NCBI RefSeq assembly: GCF_002945325.1
Contig: NZ_CP026606.1
Span: 1,140,001-1,172,000 of the forward strand
From: Methanococcus maripaludis
Lineage (GTDB): Archaea > AGJL01 > Methanococci > Methanococcales > Methanococcaceae
DNA: 32,000 nt
Reading direction: 5' to 3'
Shown: positions 9,230 to 20,642 of the stretch, piece by piece
Layout of the letters: each line of letters opens with the position of its first letter
Position numbering within the stretch: the first letter of the stretch is position 1
The notes under the pieces: generated by a model
What the model was told of the DNA's origin: nothing
Database searches by the model: none
What the model saw: the letters and a program-made list of their open reading frames with translations, nothing else
Translations under genes and position numbers: made by a program

Positions 9230-10330
9230 TTAATTTGCTTTTTCAGCTTTAGATTTAATTCCAAGTTCAACCATTTCATCAAAGAGGAATCTTGCATCAT
9301 GTGGTCCAGGACCCGCTTCTGGGTGGTACTGAACACTCCATACGGTATTTTTGAGATCACTTGATTCAATTTTTCTTATTCCTTCAACGGTATCGTCGTT
9401 TAAATTCATGTGCATCAATTCAGAACCTGCCGGAACTATTTTATCGTCAGTAGCAAACCCGTGGTTTTGTGATGTGATGTATACTTTTCCCGATTCAACA
9501 TCTTTTACTGGCTGGTTTCCGCCCCTGTGACCGAATTTTAATTTGTATGTTTTTCCACCAAGTGCAATTGTAATTATCTGGTGTCCAAGACAAATTCCTG
9601 TAACTGGAAGTGTTCCAATTAAGTTTTTAACAGTATCTACTGTTTCAGTCATGTTTTCAGGGTCTCCAGGGCCATTTGACACAAGTACAAAGTCTGGATT
9701 GTATGATATAATTTCTTCTTCTTTAGAATTGTATGGAACTTTTACAACACTGCATCCTCTTTCAACTAGGCAGTCTACAATGCTCTGTTTTACACCGCAG
9801 TCAATAAGAACACATCTGGTTTTTTCATCTTCTGCGCTGTATTCAACTGTTTCTTTGGTTGACACTTCAGGAACAAGGTCAATTTCTGAGATATCTGGAT
9901 AATCTACTACTTTTTTGATTAATTCTGTTTCTTCATCTTTACTTATCGGGTTGGTGGACGTTTTTAAGAGTGATCTGATGACCCCTTTTGATCTTATTTT
10001 TCTTGTTATGTATCTTGTGTCTACGCCTGAAATTCCTGGAATATTATATTCTTTTAAAAATTCGTCGAGTTCTTTTCCAGTAATATCTTTTACAACGAAT
10101 CCTTCTGCTTTAATTCCATCGCTTTCAAACCATTCCTTTTCGACACCGTAGTTTCCTTCTAAAGGATACGTCATTGTAATAATCTGGCCTTTGTAAGATG
10201 GGTCAGTTAATATTTCAACGTATCCTGTCATGGAAGTGTTAAATACGAGTTCACCGAGGACTTCCGATTCTGCGCCAAATCCTTCTCCTCGGATGATTGT
10301 GCCGTCTTCCAAAACTAAAATTCCGTACAT
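9230..10330 (-). CDS. carA: Carbamoyl-phosphate synthase small subunit
   Basis: Glutamine amidotransferase class I: [47 protein letters not shown] at 10330 has a GGTGG Shine-Dalgarno upstream, so it is preferred over 10342. Confidence 0.94.
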   Translation of the reverse strand: MYGILVLEDGTIIRGEGFGAESEVLGELVFNTSMTGYVEILTDPSYKGQIITMTYPLEGNYGVEKEWFESDGIKAEGFVVKDITGKELDEFLKEYNIPGISGVDTRYITRKIRSKGVIRSLLKTSTNPISKDEETELIKKVVDYPDISEIDLVPEVSTKETVEYSAEDEKTRCVLIDCGVKQSIVDCLVERGCSVVKVPYNSKEEEIISYNPDFVLVSNGPGDPENMTETVDTVKNLIGTLPVTGICLGHQIITIALGGKTYKLKFGHRGGNQPVKDVESGKVYITSQNHGFATDDKIVPAGSELMHMNLNDDTVEGIRKIESSDLKNTVWSVQYHPEAGPGPHDARFLFDEMVELGIKSKAEKAN

Positions 10331-10472
10331 CAATTCCACCATAATTTTTCTATAAGTTTGTTATCATGCTATTTATCAGTTAGGTTAGTTCGAGTAGTTA
10401 TTTAAATTATTAGTCATAATTATTTTGTGTAATTTGAGATGTGTAGTAAATTGTATTCATTTAGGTGATTAA

Positions 10473-12044
10473 ATGTCAAAAATACTTATAACTGACCCGC
10501 TGCATGAAAGTGCCGTTGAAATATTAAAACAGGCAGGCGAAGTTGAAGTTGCAACTGGGTTAAATGTTGAAGAGCTAAAATTAAAAATTAAAGATGTAGA
10601 TGCGCTGGTAATTAGAAGTGGAACAACTGCTACAAGAGAAATTATCGAAGCATCAGAAAATTTAAAAGTTATTGCAAGAGCTGGAGTTGGTGTAGATAAC
10701 GTAGATTTAGATGCAGCAACAGAAAAAGGAATAGTTGTGGTAAATGCACCAGATGCATCGTCAATTTCAGTTGCAGAACTTTTATTTGGTATGATGCTCG
10801 CAGCAGCAAGAAATATCCCTCAAGCTACTGCATCAATTAAAAGCGGTAAATGGGACAGGAAATCATTTAAGGGAATGGAAATTTACGGAAAAACGCTCGG
10901 AATTGTTGGTCTTGGTAGGATTGGACAGCAAGTAGCAAAAAGAGCTCAAGCTTTTGGAATGACAATTGTTGCATATGATCCATATATTCCAGAAGATGTT
11001 GCATCAGAACTTGGAATAAAATTGTTAACTGTAGATGAACTCTGTACTGTAAGTGACTTTATAACACTTCACGTTCCATTAACTCCCAAAACAAAACACA
11101 TGATTGGAAAAGAGCAGATTGCACTCATGAAAAGCAACATGGTTATCATGAACTGCGCAAGAGGGGGATTAATCGACGAAGTTGCACTTTATGATGCATT
11201 AAACAGTGGAAAAATCAAAGCAGCAGCTCTCGATGTATTCGAACAAGAACCTCCAAAAGAAAGCCCTCTTTTAACACTTAATAATTTAATCGGAACTCCA
11301 CATCAAGGTGCTTCAACAGAAGAAGCACAATTGAGTGCAGGAACAATTGTTGCGGAACAAACGGTTAAAATATTAAAAGGGGAATCTGCAGAAAATGTTG
11401 TAAACCTTCCAATGGTTCCAACTGAAAAAATGAAAAAATTAAAACCATACATGGTTTTAGCGGAAAAAATGGGTTCAATGGCAATACAGTACCTTGATAA
11501 CTCGATAGAACTTTTAGAAATCACCTACATGGGCGGTCTTGCAAAAGAAAAGACTGAAATACTCAAAAGGTCATTTTTAAAAGGTATTTTAGCCCCAATA
11601 TTACTTGCAGGTGTTAATTTAGTAAATGCACCAGTAATTGCAAAGAGCAGGAACATAAAAATTGCAGAAGGAACAATGTCTGAAAGCGACTATGGAAATT
11701 CAATAAAAATTTCTGCAAAAGGGGAAAACGACGAAATTTCAATAATTGGAAGTATTGAACATAACGAAGTCGTGTTTAGAGAAATTAATGGGTACAGAAT
11801 GGATATAAAACCTGAAGGAACAATCTGTATAATAAAACACATCGACAGACCCGGAATGGTTGGAAAAGTTGGAGTTCTTCTCGGTGAACACGGAATAAAC
11901 ATTGCAGGAATGCAAGTTGGAAGAAGAGAGCCTGGAGGACACAGCATAATGTTTTTAGATATTGACCACATGATTTCAGATGAGGTACTCGATGAAATCA
12001 GGAAAATGGAAAACGTAAGGGCTGCAAAATCAATAAACATCTAA
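10473..12044 (+). CDS. serA: D-3-phosphoglycerate dehydrogenase (with C-terminal ACT domain)
   Basis: [36 protein letters not shown], and C-terminal ACT domain [32 protein letters not shown]. Confidence 0.95.
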   Translation: MSKILITDPLHESAVEILKQAGEVEVATGLNVEELKLKIKDVDALVIRSGTTATREIIEASENLKVIARAGVGVDNVDLDAATEKGIVVVNAPDASSISVAELLFGMMLAAARNIPQATASIKSGKWDRKSFKGMEIYGKTLGIVGLGRIGQQVAKRAQAFGMTIVAYDPYIPEDVASELGIKLLTVDELCTVSDFITLHVPLTPKTKHMIGKEQIALMKSNMVIMNCARGGLIDEVALYDALNSGKIKAAALDVFEQEPPKESPLLTLNNLIGTPHQGASTEEAQLSAGTIVAEQTVKILKGESAENVVNLPMVPTEKMKKLKPYMVLAEKMGSMAIQYLDNSIELLEITYMGGLAKEKTEILKRSFLKGILAPILLAGVNLVNAPVIAKSRNIKIAEGTMSESDYGNSIKISAKGENDEISIIGSIEHNEVVFREINGYRMDIKPEGTICIIKHIDRPGMVGKVGVLLGEHGINIAGMQVGRREPGGHSIMFLDIDHMISDEVLDEIRKMENVRAAKSINI

Positions 12045-12076
12045 TTTAATTTTTTTTAATTTTTCGGGGGCAGGAT

Positions 12077-12490
12077 ATGGAAGGAGTAATTCTTGGACTA
12101 CTTGCTGCAGTTTTATATGGTATAGGTACTTTTTTTGCAAAAGTTGTTTCAAATGAGGATCCGTATCTTCAGTGGATCATTGTAAATATTGTTGGAATTG
12201 TTTTATGTGTTATATTATTTGGAGGAAAGTGCAGAAATTTACTCGATTACCCAAATAAAGTTTTAATTTACGGGGCAATTGCTGCAGTTCTTGTGATACT
12301 TGGAACACTTGCACTTTATTATGGATTAAACAAGGGAAAGGCGAGCGTTGTAGTACCTTTATCTTCAATAGGGCCTGCAATAACCACGGTTCTGGCAATA
12401 ATTTTTTTAAAAGAGCAGTTAACATTTACCCAGATAGCGGGAATTGCAATGATATTAAGCGGAGTAATTGTACTCTCAATTAACAGTTAA
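12077..12490 (+). CDS. EamA/DMT-family small transporter
   Basis: 137 aa, four or more hydrophobic helices. VVVPLSSIGPAITTVLAIIFLKEQLTFTQIAGIAMILSGVIVLS is typical of EamA. Confidence 0.82.
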   Translation: MEGVILGLLAAVLYGIGTFFAKVVSNEDPYLQWIIVNIVGIVLCVILFGGKCRNLLDYPNKVLIYGAIAAVLVILGTLALYYGLNKGKASVVVPLSSIGPAITTVLAIIFLKEQLTFTQIAGIAMILSGVIVLSINS

Positions 12491-12512
12491 AATAGAATAA
12501 AAAAATTTTTAA

Positions 12513-12755
12513 TTAAATTCCGAGGTATTTTTTAGCGCCTTGGGATCCGATCTGTAATTTAATAGCATTTAATACTTCTTTTACATCTTCAACGTTTTCA
12601 GCATCGTTTAAAGCTTTCCTAAATGTTTCCTTTTTTTCTTCTGTAACTAAGCCGATTAAATATTCGACAGTTGTTACAAGTTCTATGTATCTACCATCTT
12701 GGGAGATTTGTGATTCTATTTCCTCAATAGTTTTCATTACATTTTCAGATACCAA
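12513..12755 (-). CDS. Conserved-looking hypothetical protein, 80 aa
   Basis: Compact ORF MVSENVMKTIEEIESQISQDGRYIEL...GAKKYLGI with no recognisable family. Confidence 0.6.
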   Translation of the reverse strand: MVSENVMKTIEEIESQISQDGRYIELVTTVEYLIGLVTEEKKETFRKALNDAENVEDVKEVLNAIKLQIGSQGAKKYLGI

Positions 12756-12857
12756 ATTATCACCACGATTCTTACTTTTTACAGATATGTTTATTTTTAT
12801 ATTTAAATTTTAACATTTGATTTTGTATGCACGCTTATTTTTGAAAATATTGACGTA

Positions 12858-13706
12858 TTATTTGCTTATGGTAAGTATCAATTCACGAATGATTTTTGCT
12901 GCGGTAACAGATGTAATCTTGCCGATGTCGTAATGAGGTGAAACTTCAACCACGTCAAAACCAACAATTTTTTCTTTAATTTCTTCCAAAAGATAAAGTG
13001 AGTTTATAAGCTCTTTTGGTGTAAATCCGCAAGGTTCTGGAGTTCCAGTTCCTGGTACAAATGCAGGGTCGAGTACATCAATATCGATTGTTACGTAAAC
13101 TGGTTTTTCAAGTTCTTTGATCTTTTTGATATCGTCTTTTGTGGGCATTTCCATTGAAATATTGGTATTTTTCCATCCAAATTCCCATTCATCCTGGTCG
13201 CCACTTCTAATTCCAAACTGGAAGATATCTTCTGTTAAATCGTAAGTTCTCCTAATTACACTTGCATGGGACTGTTCGTTACCCATGTATTCTTCCCTTA
13301 AATCGCAGTGAGCATCGAAATGAATTACTGCAAAGTCATCATAAACCGATTTTACAGCTTTTACAACGGGGTATGTTACAGAATGTTCTCCACCAATCAT
13401 TACAGGTATTTTTTTAGCTTCTAAAATATCTTTTGAAGCACCATATGCCCGATTTATGATTTCAGACTGATTTCCTTCCATTAAAAGATTGTATTTGTCG
13501 CAAATTTTTACATCGATTAAATCTTTTTTTAAAATTGGGCTAAATGTTTCAAGTCCCCATGAAGCGTTTCTAACTTCATCAGGCCCAAATCTTGCGCCTG
13601 GTTTGTATGATGTTGTAGCATCGAAAGGGATTCCAAAAATAACAAAATCAGCATCGTTAAATGTATCATAAGCTGTGAGAAACTTGGAATAATCTTCAAA
13701 ATACAT
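12858..13706 (-). CDS. speB: Agmatinase / ureohydrolase
   Basis: Arginase-family metal motifs [60 protein letters not shown]. Confidence 0.93.
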   Translation of the reverse strand: MYFEDYSKFLTAYDTFNDADFVIFGIPFDATTSYKPGARFGPDEVRNASWGLETFSPILKKDLIDVKICDKYNLLMEGNQSEIINRAYGASKDILEAKKIPVMIGGEHSVTYPVVKAVKSVYDDFAVIHFDAHCDLREEYMGNEQSHASVIRRTYDLTEDIFQFGIRSGDQDEWEFGWKNTNISMEMPTKDDIKKIKELEKPVYVTIDIDVLDPAFVPGTGTPEPCGFTPKELINSLYLLEEIKEKIVGFDVVEVSPHYDIGKITSVTAAKIIRELILTISK

Positions 13707-13742
13707 GAATTATCACCAAAAAAACAATAAAAAAGTTAAGAA

Positions 13743-14585
13743 TTATTCTTTTAAGTATCTAGGTGTTGCTAAAAATACTCCCTTGTGAACGTCCTGGTCG
13801 TAGTATTTTGTAGTCATATCTTTTAATTTAGTTTCAATTTCTGAAACATCGGAATTTAATGGATCGTTTTTCTTTGAAGCTAAGGTAAAGCTCCAAAATC
13901 CGCTAGGGTATGTTGGAATACTACATACGAGTGGTCTTATTACTGAAAAGCCAGCATCTTTTAAGTGTCCTTTGATTTTATTTATCAATTTTTCATGTAA
14001 AAGTGGGCTTTCTGTCTGTTGAACCATGATTCCGTCATCATTTAAGCATTTGTAGAGGTTGTTGTAGAATTCTTTTTCGAATAATCCTGCAGCAGGGCCA
14101 ACTGGGTCTGGGCAGTCTACGAGGATTACGTCGTATTTTTCAGAAGTTTCTGCAACGTATTTAATTCCATCCGTAATCATCGTGTTTACTTTCTCGTTGT
14201 CTATTTCGCAGCTTAAGGTTGGAAGGAATTTTTTTGCAACTTCTACAACCTGTCCATCGAGTTCAACAAAATCTATTTTTTCAACGCTTTTATGTTTTAA
14301 AACTTCCCTAACAGATCCGCCATCTCCTCCACCAATGACAAGAACTTTTTTAGGGTTTCCGTGCGTAAAGAGTGCAGGGTGTGAAATCAATTCGTGGTAT
14401 ATAAATTCATCTCTTTCAGTAGTTTGGTACGTGTTTTCTAAAATCAAGACTCTTCCAAACTCGTAAGTGTCAAGAACTTGAATTTCTTGGTATTCTGAGT
14501 GCCCAACATAAAGTATGTCTTTTAATTTGGTTGAAAGGCTTAAATTTTCAGTTTGTGGTTCCGTATACCATGCATCGAATTTCAT
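13743..14585 (-). CDS. speE: Spermidine synthase (polyamine aminopropyltransferase)
   Basis: [55 protein letters not shown]. Confidence 0.95.
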   Translation of the reverse strand: MKFDAWYTEPQTENLSLSTKLKDILYVGHSEYQEIQVLDTYEFGRVLILENTYQTTERDEFIYHELISHPALFTHGNPKKVLVIGGGDGGSVREVLKHKSVEKIDFVELDGQVVEVAKKFLPTLSCEIDNEKVNTMITDGIKYVAETSEKYDVILVDCPDPVGPAAGLFEKEFYNNLYKCLNDDGIMVQQTESPLLHEKLINKIKGHLKDAGFSVIRPLVCSIPTYPSGFWSFTLASKKNDPLNSDVSEIETKLKDMTTKYYDQDVHKGVFLATPRYLKE

Positions 14586-14950
14586 TCTTTCACCTCCCCG
14601 TCATTAATAATTCCTCTTTTGATATCCATAACTTCTGTTTTCTCAGGTTTTAAGAATTTTTCAATTTCTGGGATTGTATCCTCAGGTTTAACGTGTTCCC
14701 CGCAGGTAAATACGTCCATTGCAGCGTATCCAAGTTCCGGCCAAGTGTGAATACTTATGTGGCTTTCAGATAATACTGCAACCCCAGTTACCCCCTGGGG
14801 TGAGAATTTGTGTGTTTTTACACAGATTAATGTAGCTCCGCATGCTTTTACTGCATTAACAAGCATTTTTTCTATGCCTGGTTGGTCATCCAGGGCTTGA
14901 CTCTCGCATCCCCAAAGTTCGAGGATGATGTGTTTTCCTAACTGTTTCAA
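14582..14950 (-). CDS. speD: S-adenosylmethionine decarboxylase proenzyme (class 1B)
   Basis: Self-processing motif [28 protein letters not shown]. The stop overlaps the speE start by 4 nt. Confidence 0.94.
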   Translation of the reverse strand: MKQLGKHIILELWGCESQALDDQPGIEKMLVNAVKACGATLICVKTHKFSPQGVTGVAVLSESHISIHTWPELGYAAMDVFTCGEHVKPEDTIPEIEKFLKPEKTEVMDIKRGIINDGEVKE

Positions 14951-15073
14951 CGGTCTCGCCTCTTTTAGCGTTTTTGAAATTTATGTTTTTTTGGACAGTT
15001 CTTTTTAAAATCATGGTTTCAATATCCCACATATGTGAACTTTTATTATAGTTCTAAATTACAACTATATATC

Positions 15074-15580
15074 TTATTTGTACCAGAGTGCTGCAGCTGC
15101 AAATGCGCATCCGATATTTTCAACAGTGTGTTCTGAAGCGATTGAGATTATTTCGTCAATTTCCCAACATCTCATTTCGAAACCTTCTTTAGCCATATTT
15201 CTAACGGTATCTTCACATTCTTTTTTACCGCCAACGCATTCGTATTCCATGATAAGTCCACATAATTCTTTATCTTTTGGAATTGCAACGCTGATACCTG
15301 CTGCAACGGTTTCACCTTTTACTTCGCTTATCTGGTAACCGTATGCGGTAGGAACAAGTGAACCTTGCGGTATTTTTGGGAGTGGAATAATGTCTGCTTT
15401 TGGAGGCATAATGCTGCTAATTCTGATCAGGTTTAAGTTTCCGATACCAGATTTTAACAACGACATGTCGAAAGCATTTAATGGGTTGTTTGCATCACCA
15501 GTTCCTGCAACAAGGGAAATCGTGTTTGGAGCTTCGAATGGGGAGTGTATTGCACTTGATTTAATCATAAGACTAGACAC
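15074..15580 (-). CDS. pdaD: Pyruvoyl-dependent arginine decarboxylase proenzyme
   Basis: Self-cleavage region [28 protein letters not shown], and C-terminal [12 protein letters not shown]. Confidence 0.93.
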   Translation of the reverse strand: MSSLMIKSSAIHSPFEAPNTISLVAGTGDANNPLNAFDMSLLKSGIGNLNLIRISSIMPPKADIIPLPKIPQGSLVPTAYGYQISEVKGETVAAGISVAIPKDKELCGLIMEYECVGGKKECEDTVRNMAKEGFEMRCWEIDEIISIASEHTVENIGCAFAAAALWYK

Positions 15581-15749
15581 CTCTCGTATTTTTTAAATTT
15601 TTGAGTTTTAAATAGCTATGCAAAATAGAGAATAATAATTATCAAACTAAATAAAAGATTATCATATATAAATCATTCGGTCGCAAAAATAAAAGGAATA
15701 AAGCGGTATTATTTAATTATTTCGGGAAATATTCAATCTTTTCTTTTGA

Positions 15750-17681
15750 TTACTGGTTATCATTGAAACAATTTAAAAATTTAGAGTATGCATCGTCCTT
15801 TATCAATAAATTTTTGGAACCGACAACTATCAACTTTCGCTTTGCCCGAGTAACTGCAACGTTTAATCTTCTAAGGTCTTTTAAAAATCCCATTTTATCA
15901 GTTCGAACAAATGAAATCACTATTACTTCATTTTCTCGGCCCTGAAACCCATCAACGGATTTAACATCTATTTTATCCGTATTTAGCATTTTGGAGATAT
16001 ATTTTACCTGTGCATCGTACGGAGTTATTACACTTACCGGAATTTCATATTTTTGAAGTTTTGAGACAATTTCTAATACCTTTTCGGCTTCTTCAACGTT
16101 GTATGATGATTTAAATGAATCCTGTTGTTCTTCTCCATCAACATTTATAAATTGAAGCGGTTTTTCATTTATGATGTCATTATCTTCGTTTGAAACATTT
16201 TCTACAATCTCAAGTAAATTATGCGATTTTACAGATTCGTGTGCAATAAGCTTATTTTCGTAGAACATTTCGTTTGAAAATTCCATGATTTTTTCATTCA
16301 TCCTGTACTGAACTTGGAGGATCTTTGAAAATTCAGGATTTTCATGAATCATTCTTTCAAAAAGTGTTTTTTTAAGTTCCAATTCATCACTGAGAACGGT
16401 TGGTGGAAGTTGTTTGTGATCTCCTGCAATAATTAATTTTCTCGATCTTACAATTGGGATTAATGAAGATGGTTCCGTTGACTGACTTCCTTCATCGATT
16501 ACGCAAACATCAAATTTGTAATCTTCTAAAATCTCGCTTCCTGCCATAGAATTTGTAGCAACAACAACATCACTGGTTGATATGATATCGTCAATTAGCT
16601 TTTTTTCAAATTTTTGGACATTTTCTTTTGTTTTAGCAATATTTTCGCTGCAAATTACCCAATCTGCCATCTGTTTAATGGTTTCTTTGGGAATTCCTCT
16701 TATATCTTTATTTAGCTTTGAAAAAATGATAATGTCATCATTACTCATTCCTCTTCGCCATTTTGGGTCAGGTCTTTGGAAATTTTTCCTCAAATCATAG
16801 TTTTTTTGAAGTTCTGTTTTTAGTTTTACTAATGTTGAGTAGTTTGGATGTTCCGTAATTTTGTTCTGTAAAGAATATTTCATTAATTTTTTAGAAATTC
16901 TTGAGGGGTGCCCTATTCTAACAATTTTGAAAGACTCGTGTTTTGAAATATTTGATAATATGTTATCAACTGCAATGTTTGAATCGGCAGTTGCAATGAC
17001 TTTGTTTTTCCTCAAAGCTTCCTGTAAAATTACTTCAGAAATGGTGCTGGTTTTTCCAGTTCCTGGAGGCCCGTGTATCAAATATAAATCTCTTGCACTA
17101 AGAGCTTCTAAAACCGCTTCTTTTTGATATTCGTTTAATCGATAGTCTAAAAAGCGAATTTCAGTTGATTTAGATTTTTGTGGACTATCTACGCTTAAAA
17201 TGATATCAATAAGCCGATTATCCGTACTATTAAATTTATCAAGTGCATTTAACATTCTTTTAAATGTAACGTCATTTACGTAGAGGTCGAGTCTTATATC
17301 GTTTAAAGCCCATTTAGGAACGATTTCCGTCGAAACATCTACGTGATTTGATCCAATTTCAATTACTGTTCCTAAAAGGTCGCTTTGAAGTGGGTTTCCT
17401 TTACTGATCAAAACGATATCTCCAACAGAAATATCGGTTTTCTTAAATTTTTCACTTCTTCCATACCTTACAATATATTCTCCAAAGAATTCTCTAAGAA
17501 CTTTTCCGTTTAAGTTTAAAATGGCCCTTCCAACGTTTTCACGTTTTATCCCCAATTTTTTAATTTCTTCTTTATGAAAATTTATTTCGTGGTCTCGCTC
17601 TTTTTTAACAAGTTCCTTAAATTTATTGACGTAAATCTGCTTTAAAGTCATCATATCACAAACATTATTAGTTACTAGCAA
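15750..17681 (-). CDS. SF1 DNA2/NAM7 (UPF1-like) superfamily helicase
   Basis: Walker A IHGPPGTGKTSTISEV; VCVIDEGSQSTEP; GDHKQLPPTVLS; LQVQYRMNEKIM; SVDGFQGRENEVIVISFVR; RLNVAVTRAKRKLIVVG. Confidence 0.93.
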   Translation of the reverse strand: MLVTNNVCDMMTLKQIYVNKFKELVKKERDHEINFHKEEIKKLGIKRENVGRAILNLNGKVLREFFGEYIVRYGRSEKFKKTDISVGDIVLISKGNPLQSDLLGTVIEIGSNHVDVSTEIVPKWALNDIRLDLYVNDVTFKRMLNALDKFNSTDNRLIDIILSVDSPQKSKSTEIRFLDYRLNEYQKEAVLEALSARDLYLIHGPPGTGKTSTISEVILQEALRKNKVIATADSNIAVDNILSNISKHESFKIVRIGHPSRISKKLMKYSLQNKITEHPNYSTLVKLKTELQKNYDLRKNFQRPDPKWRRGMSNDDIIIFSKLNKDIRGIPKETIKQMADWVICSENIAKTKENVQKFEKKLIDDIISTSDVVVATNSMAGSEILEDYKFDVCVIDEGSQSTEPSSLIPIVRSRKLIIAGDHKQLPPTVLSDELELKKTLFERMIHENPEFSKILQVQYRMNEKIMEFSNEMFYENKLIAHESVKSHNLLEIVENVSNEDNDIINEKPLQFINVDGEEQQDSFKSSYNVEEAEKVLEIVSKLQKYEIPVSVITPYDAQVKYISKMLNTDKIDVKSVDGFQGRENEVIVISFVRTDKMGFLKDLRRLNVAVTRAKRKLIVVGSKNLLIKDDAYSKFLNCFNDNQ

Positions 17682-17772
17682 TATATGTAGTAGTAATTTT
17701 TAAGATTATTCCTAAAAATCAGAAGTATTTTGGATTCTAATTTAAAAATTCCATATCTTTTTCGGTGATTTA

Positions 17773-19344
17773 ATGAAAATACTTGTTATAACTGGAAAGC
17801 AAGCTTTTAATAAAGTTTCATCTACAATCAAAAATTACGACTTTATAGACGTTTACGAAGCAAATATCTCAATTGCTGCTTTTTTAACTCCAAATTTGAT
17901 AATAAAAGAAATAAAAAAGCTTGAAGATGTAAAAAACAAAAAATTATCCGAAATATATGATTTTGTACTAGTAACTGGACTTATAAGACATGACTTGGCA
18001 AGAATTTACGAAGAAACTGGAATAAAATGTTTTAAATCAACAAGAGAAGCATCAGACATTCCAGTTTTAATAAAAAATATGGATAAAATTAATCTTTCAA
18101 CAGTAGATTATGCAGATTCGCAAATTTCTAAATTTATACGAGAAAATGCCCAAAAAGATATAGAAAATGCTGAAAAATTACCATTAAACCCGGGAAATAT
18201 CAAAATAGGAAATTTAAAAGTTGGAAACGATTACCCAATGAGGGTTCTCGGAGAAATTGTTCACGTTCCATGGCTTTCCAAAAAAGAACTCGAAGAAAAA
18301 GTAAATTATTATGTTGAATCCGGAGCAGACATGATTGATTTAGGAATGGTCAGCAATGAAGATTATTCTAAAGATTTAAAGCAGATAATAAAAACTGTAC
18401 GGGATATTACTGATAAACCTGTCAGTGTCGATACATTAAATACTAAAGAACTCATTGAAGCAGTGAATTTAGATGTTGACATGATTTTAAGTGTGGACTC
18501 AGGAAATTTCGATGAATTGCTTCCACATTTAAAAGAAAAAAACACGGTATCAGTTGTTCTTCCAACAAACTACAAAACAAACGAAGTTCCTGAGTCAATT
18601 TCAGAAAAAATTCAAAATATGGAAAAAATTCTTGAAAAATTTAAAGAAAATAATTTATTAGCAGTTGCAGACCCGATTTTAGAGCCGATAAATAACAGTG
18701 GTTGTAATTTCACAGAAAGTGTAATTGCATGCTACGAATTCAAAAAAAGAAATAATATTCCTATGTTTTTTGGAATTGGAAATGTTACAGAATTATTCGA
18801 TGTTGATAGCAACGGTGTAAATGCAAGTATTGCAGCAATTGGCCAAGAAGTTGGGGGAAATATTTTGTTTACTCCTGAAGCTTCTTCAAAGTGCAAATTT
18901 TCAATAAAAGAATTGAAAACCGCATCAAAAATGTTATTTTTGGCAAAAATGAGAAATTCGCTTCCAAAAGATGTGGGGTACGATTTAATAAACTACAAGG
19001 ATAAAAAATCCGACGAAGAGTTTGATTTGGAAGATGTAAAAATAATTGATGCAGTTGAAAATGAAAAACAACTTCTTGATGGGGGAAGCTTTAAAATCCG
19101 AGTTGATAGAAAAAATAAAGAAATAATTGCAACTTATTATGTAAAAAATCAACCAAAATTAATTATTAAAGGAAATGGTCCTAAAAAAATCTATGAAACT
19201 GCTTTAAGAGAAAATTTAATTACCAAAATGGATCACGCGGCATATTTTGGGAAAGAACTTAGAAATGCCGAACTTGCACTAAAACTTGGTAAAAAATACA
19301 ATCAAGACTTTGATCTGTTTTACAATGAATTTTGGAATCAATAA
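17773..19344 (+). CDS. Dihydropteroate synthase-like protein (archaeal DHPS-related family)
   Basis: Central TIM-barrel motifs YYVESGADMIDLGMV, PVSVDTLNTKELIEAVNLDVDMILSVDSG, MFFGIGNVTELFDVDSNGVNA, with archaeal-type N- and C-terminal extensions. Confidence 0.8.
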   Translation: MKILVITGKQAFNKVSSTIKNYDFIDVYEANISIAAFLTPNLIIKEIKKLEDVKNKKLSEIYDFVLVTGLIRHDLARIYEETGIKCFKSTREASDIPVLIKNMDKINLSTVDYADSQISKFIRENAQKDIENAEKLPLNPGNIKIGNLKVGNDYPMRVLGEIVHVPWLSKKELEEKVNYYVESGADMIDLGMVSNEDYSKDLKQIIKTVRDITDKPVSVDTLNTKELIEAVNLDVDMILSVDSGNFDELLPHLKEKNTVSVVLPTNYKTNEVPESISEKIQNMEKILEKFKENNLLAVADPILEPINNSGCNFTESVIACYEFKKRNNIPMFFGIGNVTELFDVDSNGVNASIAAIGQEVGGNILFTPEASSKCKFSIKELKTASKMLFLAKMRNSLPKDVGYDLINYKDKKSDEEFDLEDVKIIDAVENEKQLLDGGSFKIRVDRKNKEIIATYYVKNQPKLIIKGNGPKKIYETALRENLITKMDHAAYFGKELRNAELALKLGKKYNQDFDLFYNEFWNQ

Positions 19345-19412
19345 AATATTATAAAACACTTAAAATACTGTTTTAATTTTTCAAAAAAGAATAGAAAAAG
19401 AAATTAATTTGA

Positions 19413-19868
19413 TTATTCGACCAATAATCTTGCAGTTTCTGGTGAGTATCTCCATTTAGCTGGCAATACTTTTGTACCTCGGTAGTACTTAACCAATCTT
19501 CTGATTTTTGATTCGATTAATTTTAAACCAACTGTTGAGTGTGTATCTCTTGGGTTGTTTTCCAAGTGGTTTCTCAAGTTGATTGCTTTTTTCATTAAGT
19601 TGAAGAGATCTTCTGGAACTTCTGCGTAAAATCCAGCTTCTTTCATGATTGATGAAACGCTTTTGCCGGTGATTAATTTTACGTTAGGAACTCCGTACAT
19701 ATCTCTTAAAATGTTTCCGATAATAGCTGACTGTTTACCGTCTTTTGCCATTTCAACGATTTTTGCTTCAATATCCTCAGCGCTCATTGAAACCCATTCT
19801 GGAACTTCTGTTCTTAATGGTCTCGTTGAACCGGAGGAACCTCTTTTTCCTGAGTGTAATCTTGCCAT
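19413..19868 (-). CDS. rpsO: 30S ribosomal protein S15 (archaeal S13e/S15)
   Basis: [17 protein letters not shown]...GLIDEIRYH-type S15 core ([31 protein letters not shown]...[17 protein letters not shown]). Confidence 0.96.
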   Translation of the reverse strand: MARLHSGKRGSSGSTRPLRTEVPEWVSMSAEDIEAKIVEMAKDGKQSAIIGNILRDMYGVPNVKLITGKSVSSIMKEAGFYAEVPEDLFNLMKKAINLRNHLENNPRDTHSTVGLKLIESKIRRLVKYYRGTKVLPAKWRYSPETARLLVE

Positions 19869-19996
19869 TTATATCTCCTCTAGATGATTCCCAGTCCAAT
19901 GAGTAAGGTTGTTACCTAAGTCATTGACTTAATCCTGTTAGTTTGATATCTTATATATAATTATTGGGTATTCTTTAAGTTAAATTTATAGGCGGA

Positions 19997-20554
<558 letters not shown>

Positions 20555-20642
20555 TTAATAAGATAACGAAGTAAGAATTACTAAATAAAGTTATATTCTG
20601 TTTTTATATATTACTGTTTATTATTTCGAGACAGGTGATTTT

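Noticed and set aside
12210-12425. 71-aa ORF inside the EamA-type gene
   Set aside because: Overlapping out-of-frame ORF in a convincing membrane protein gene; no independent support.
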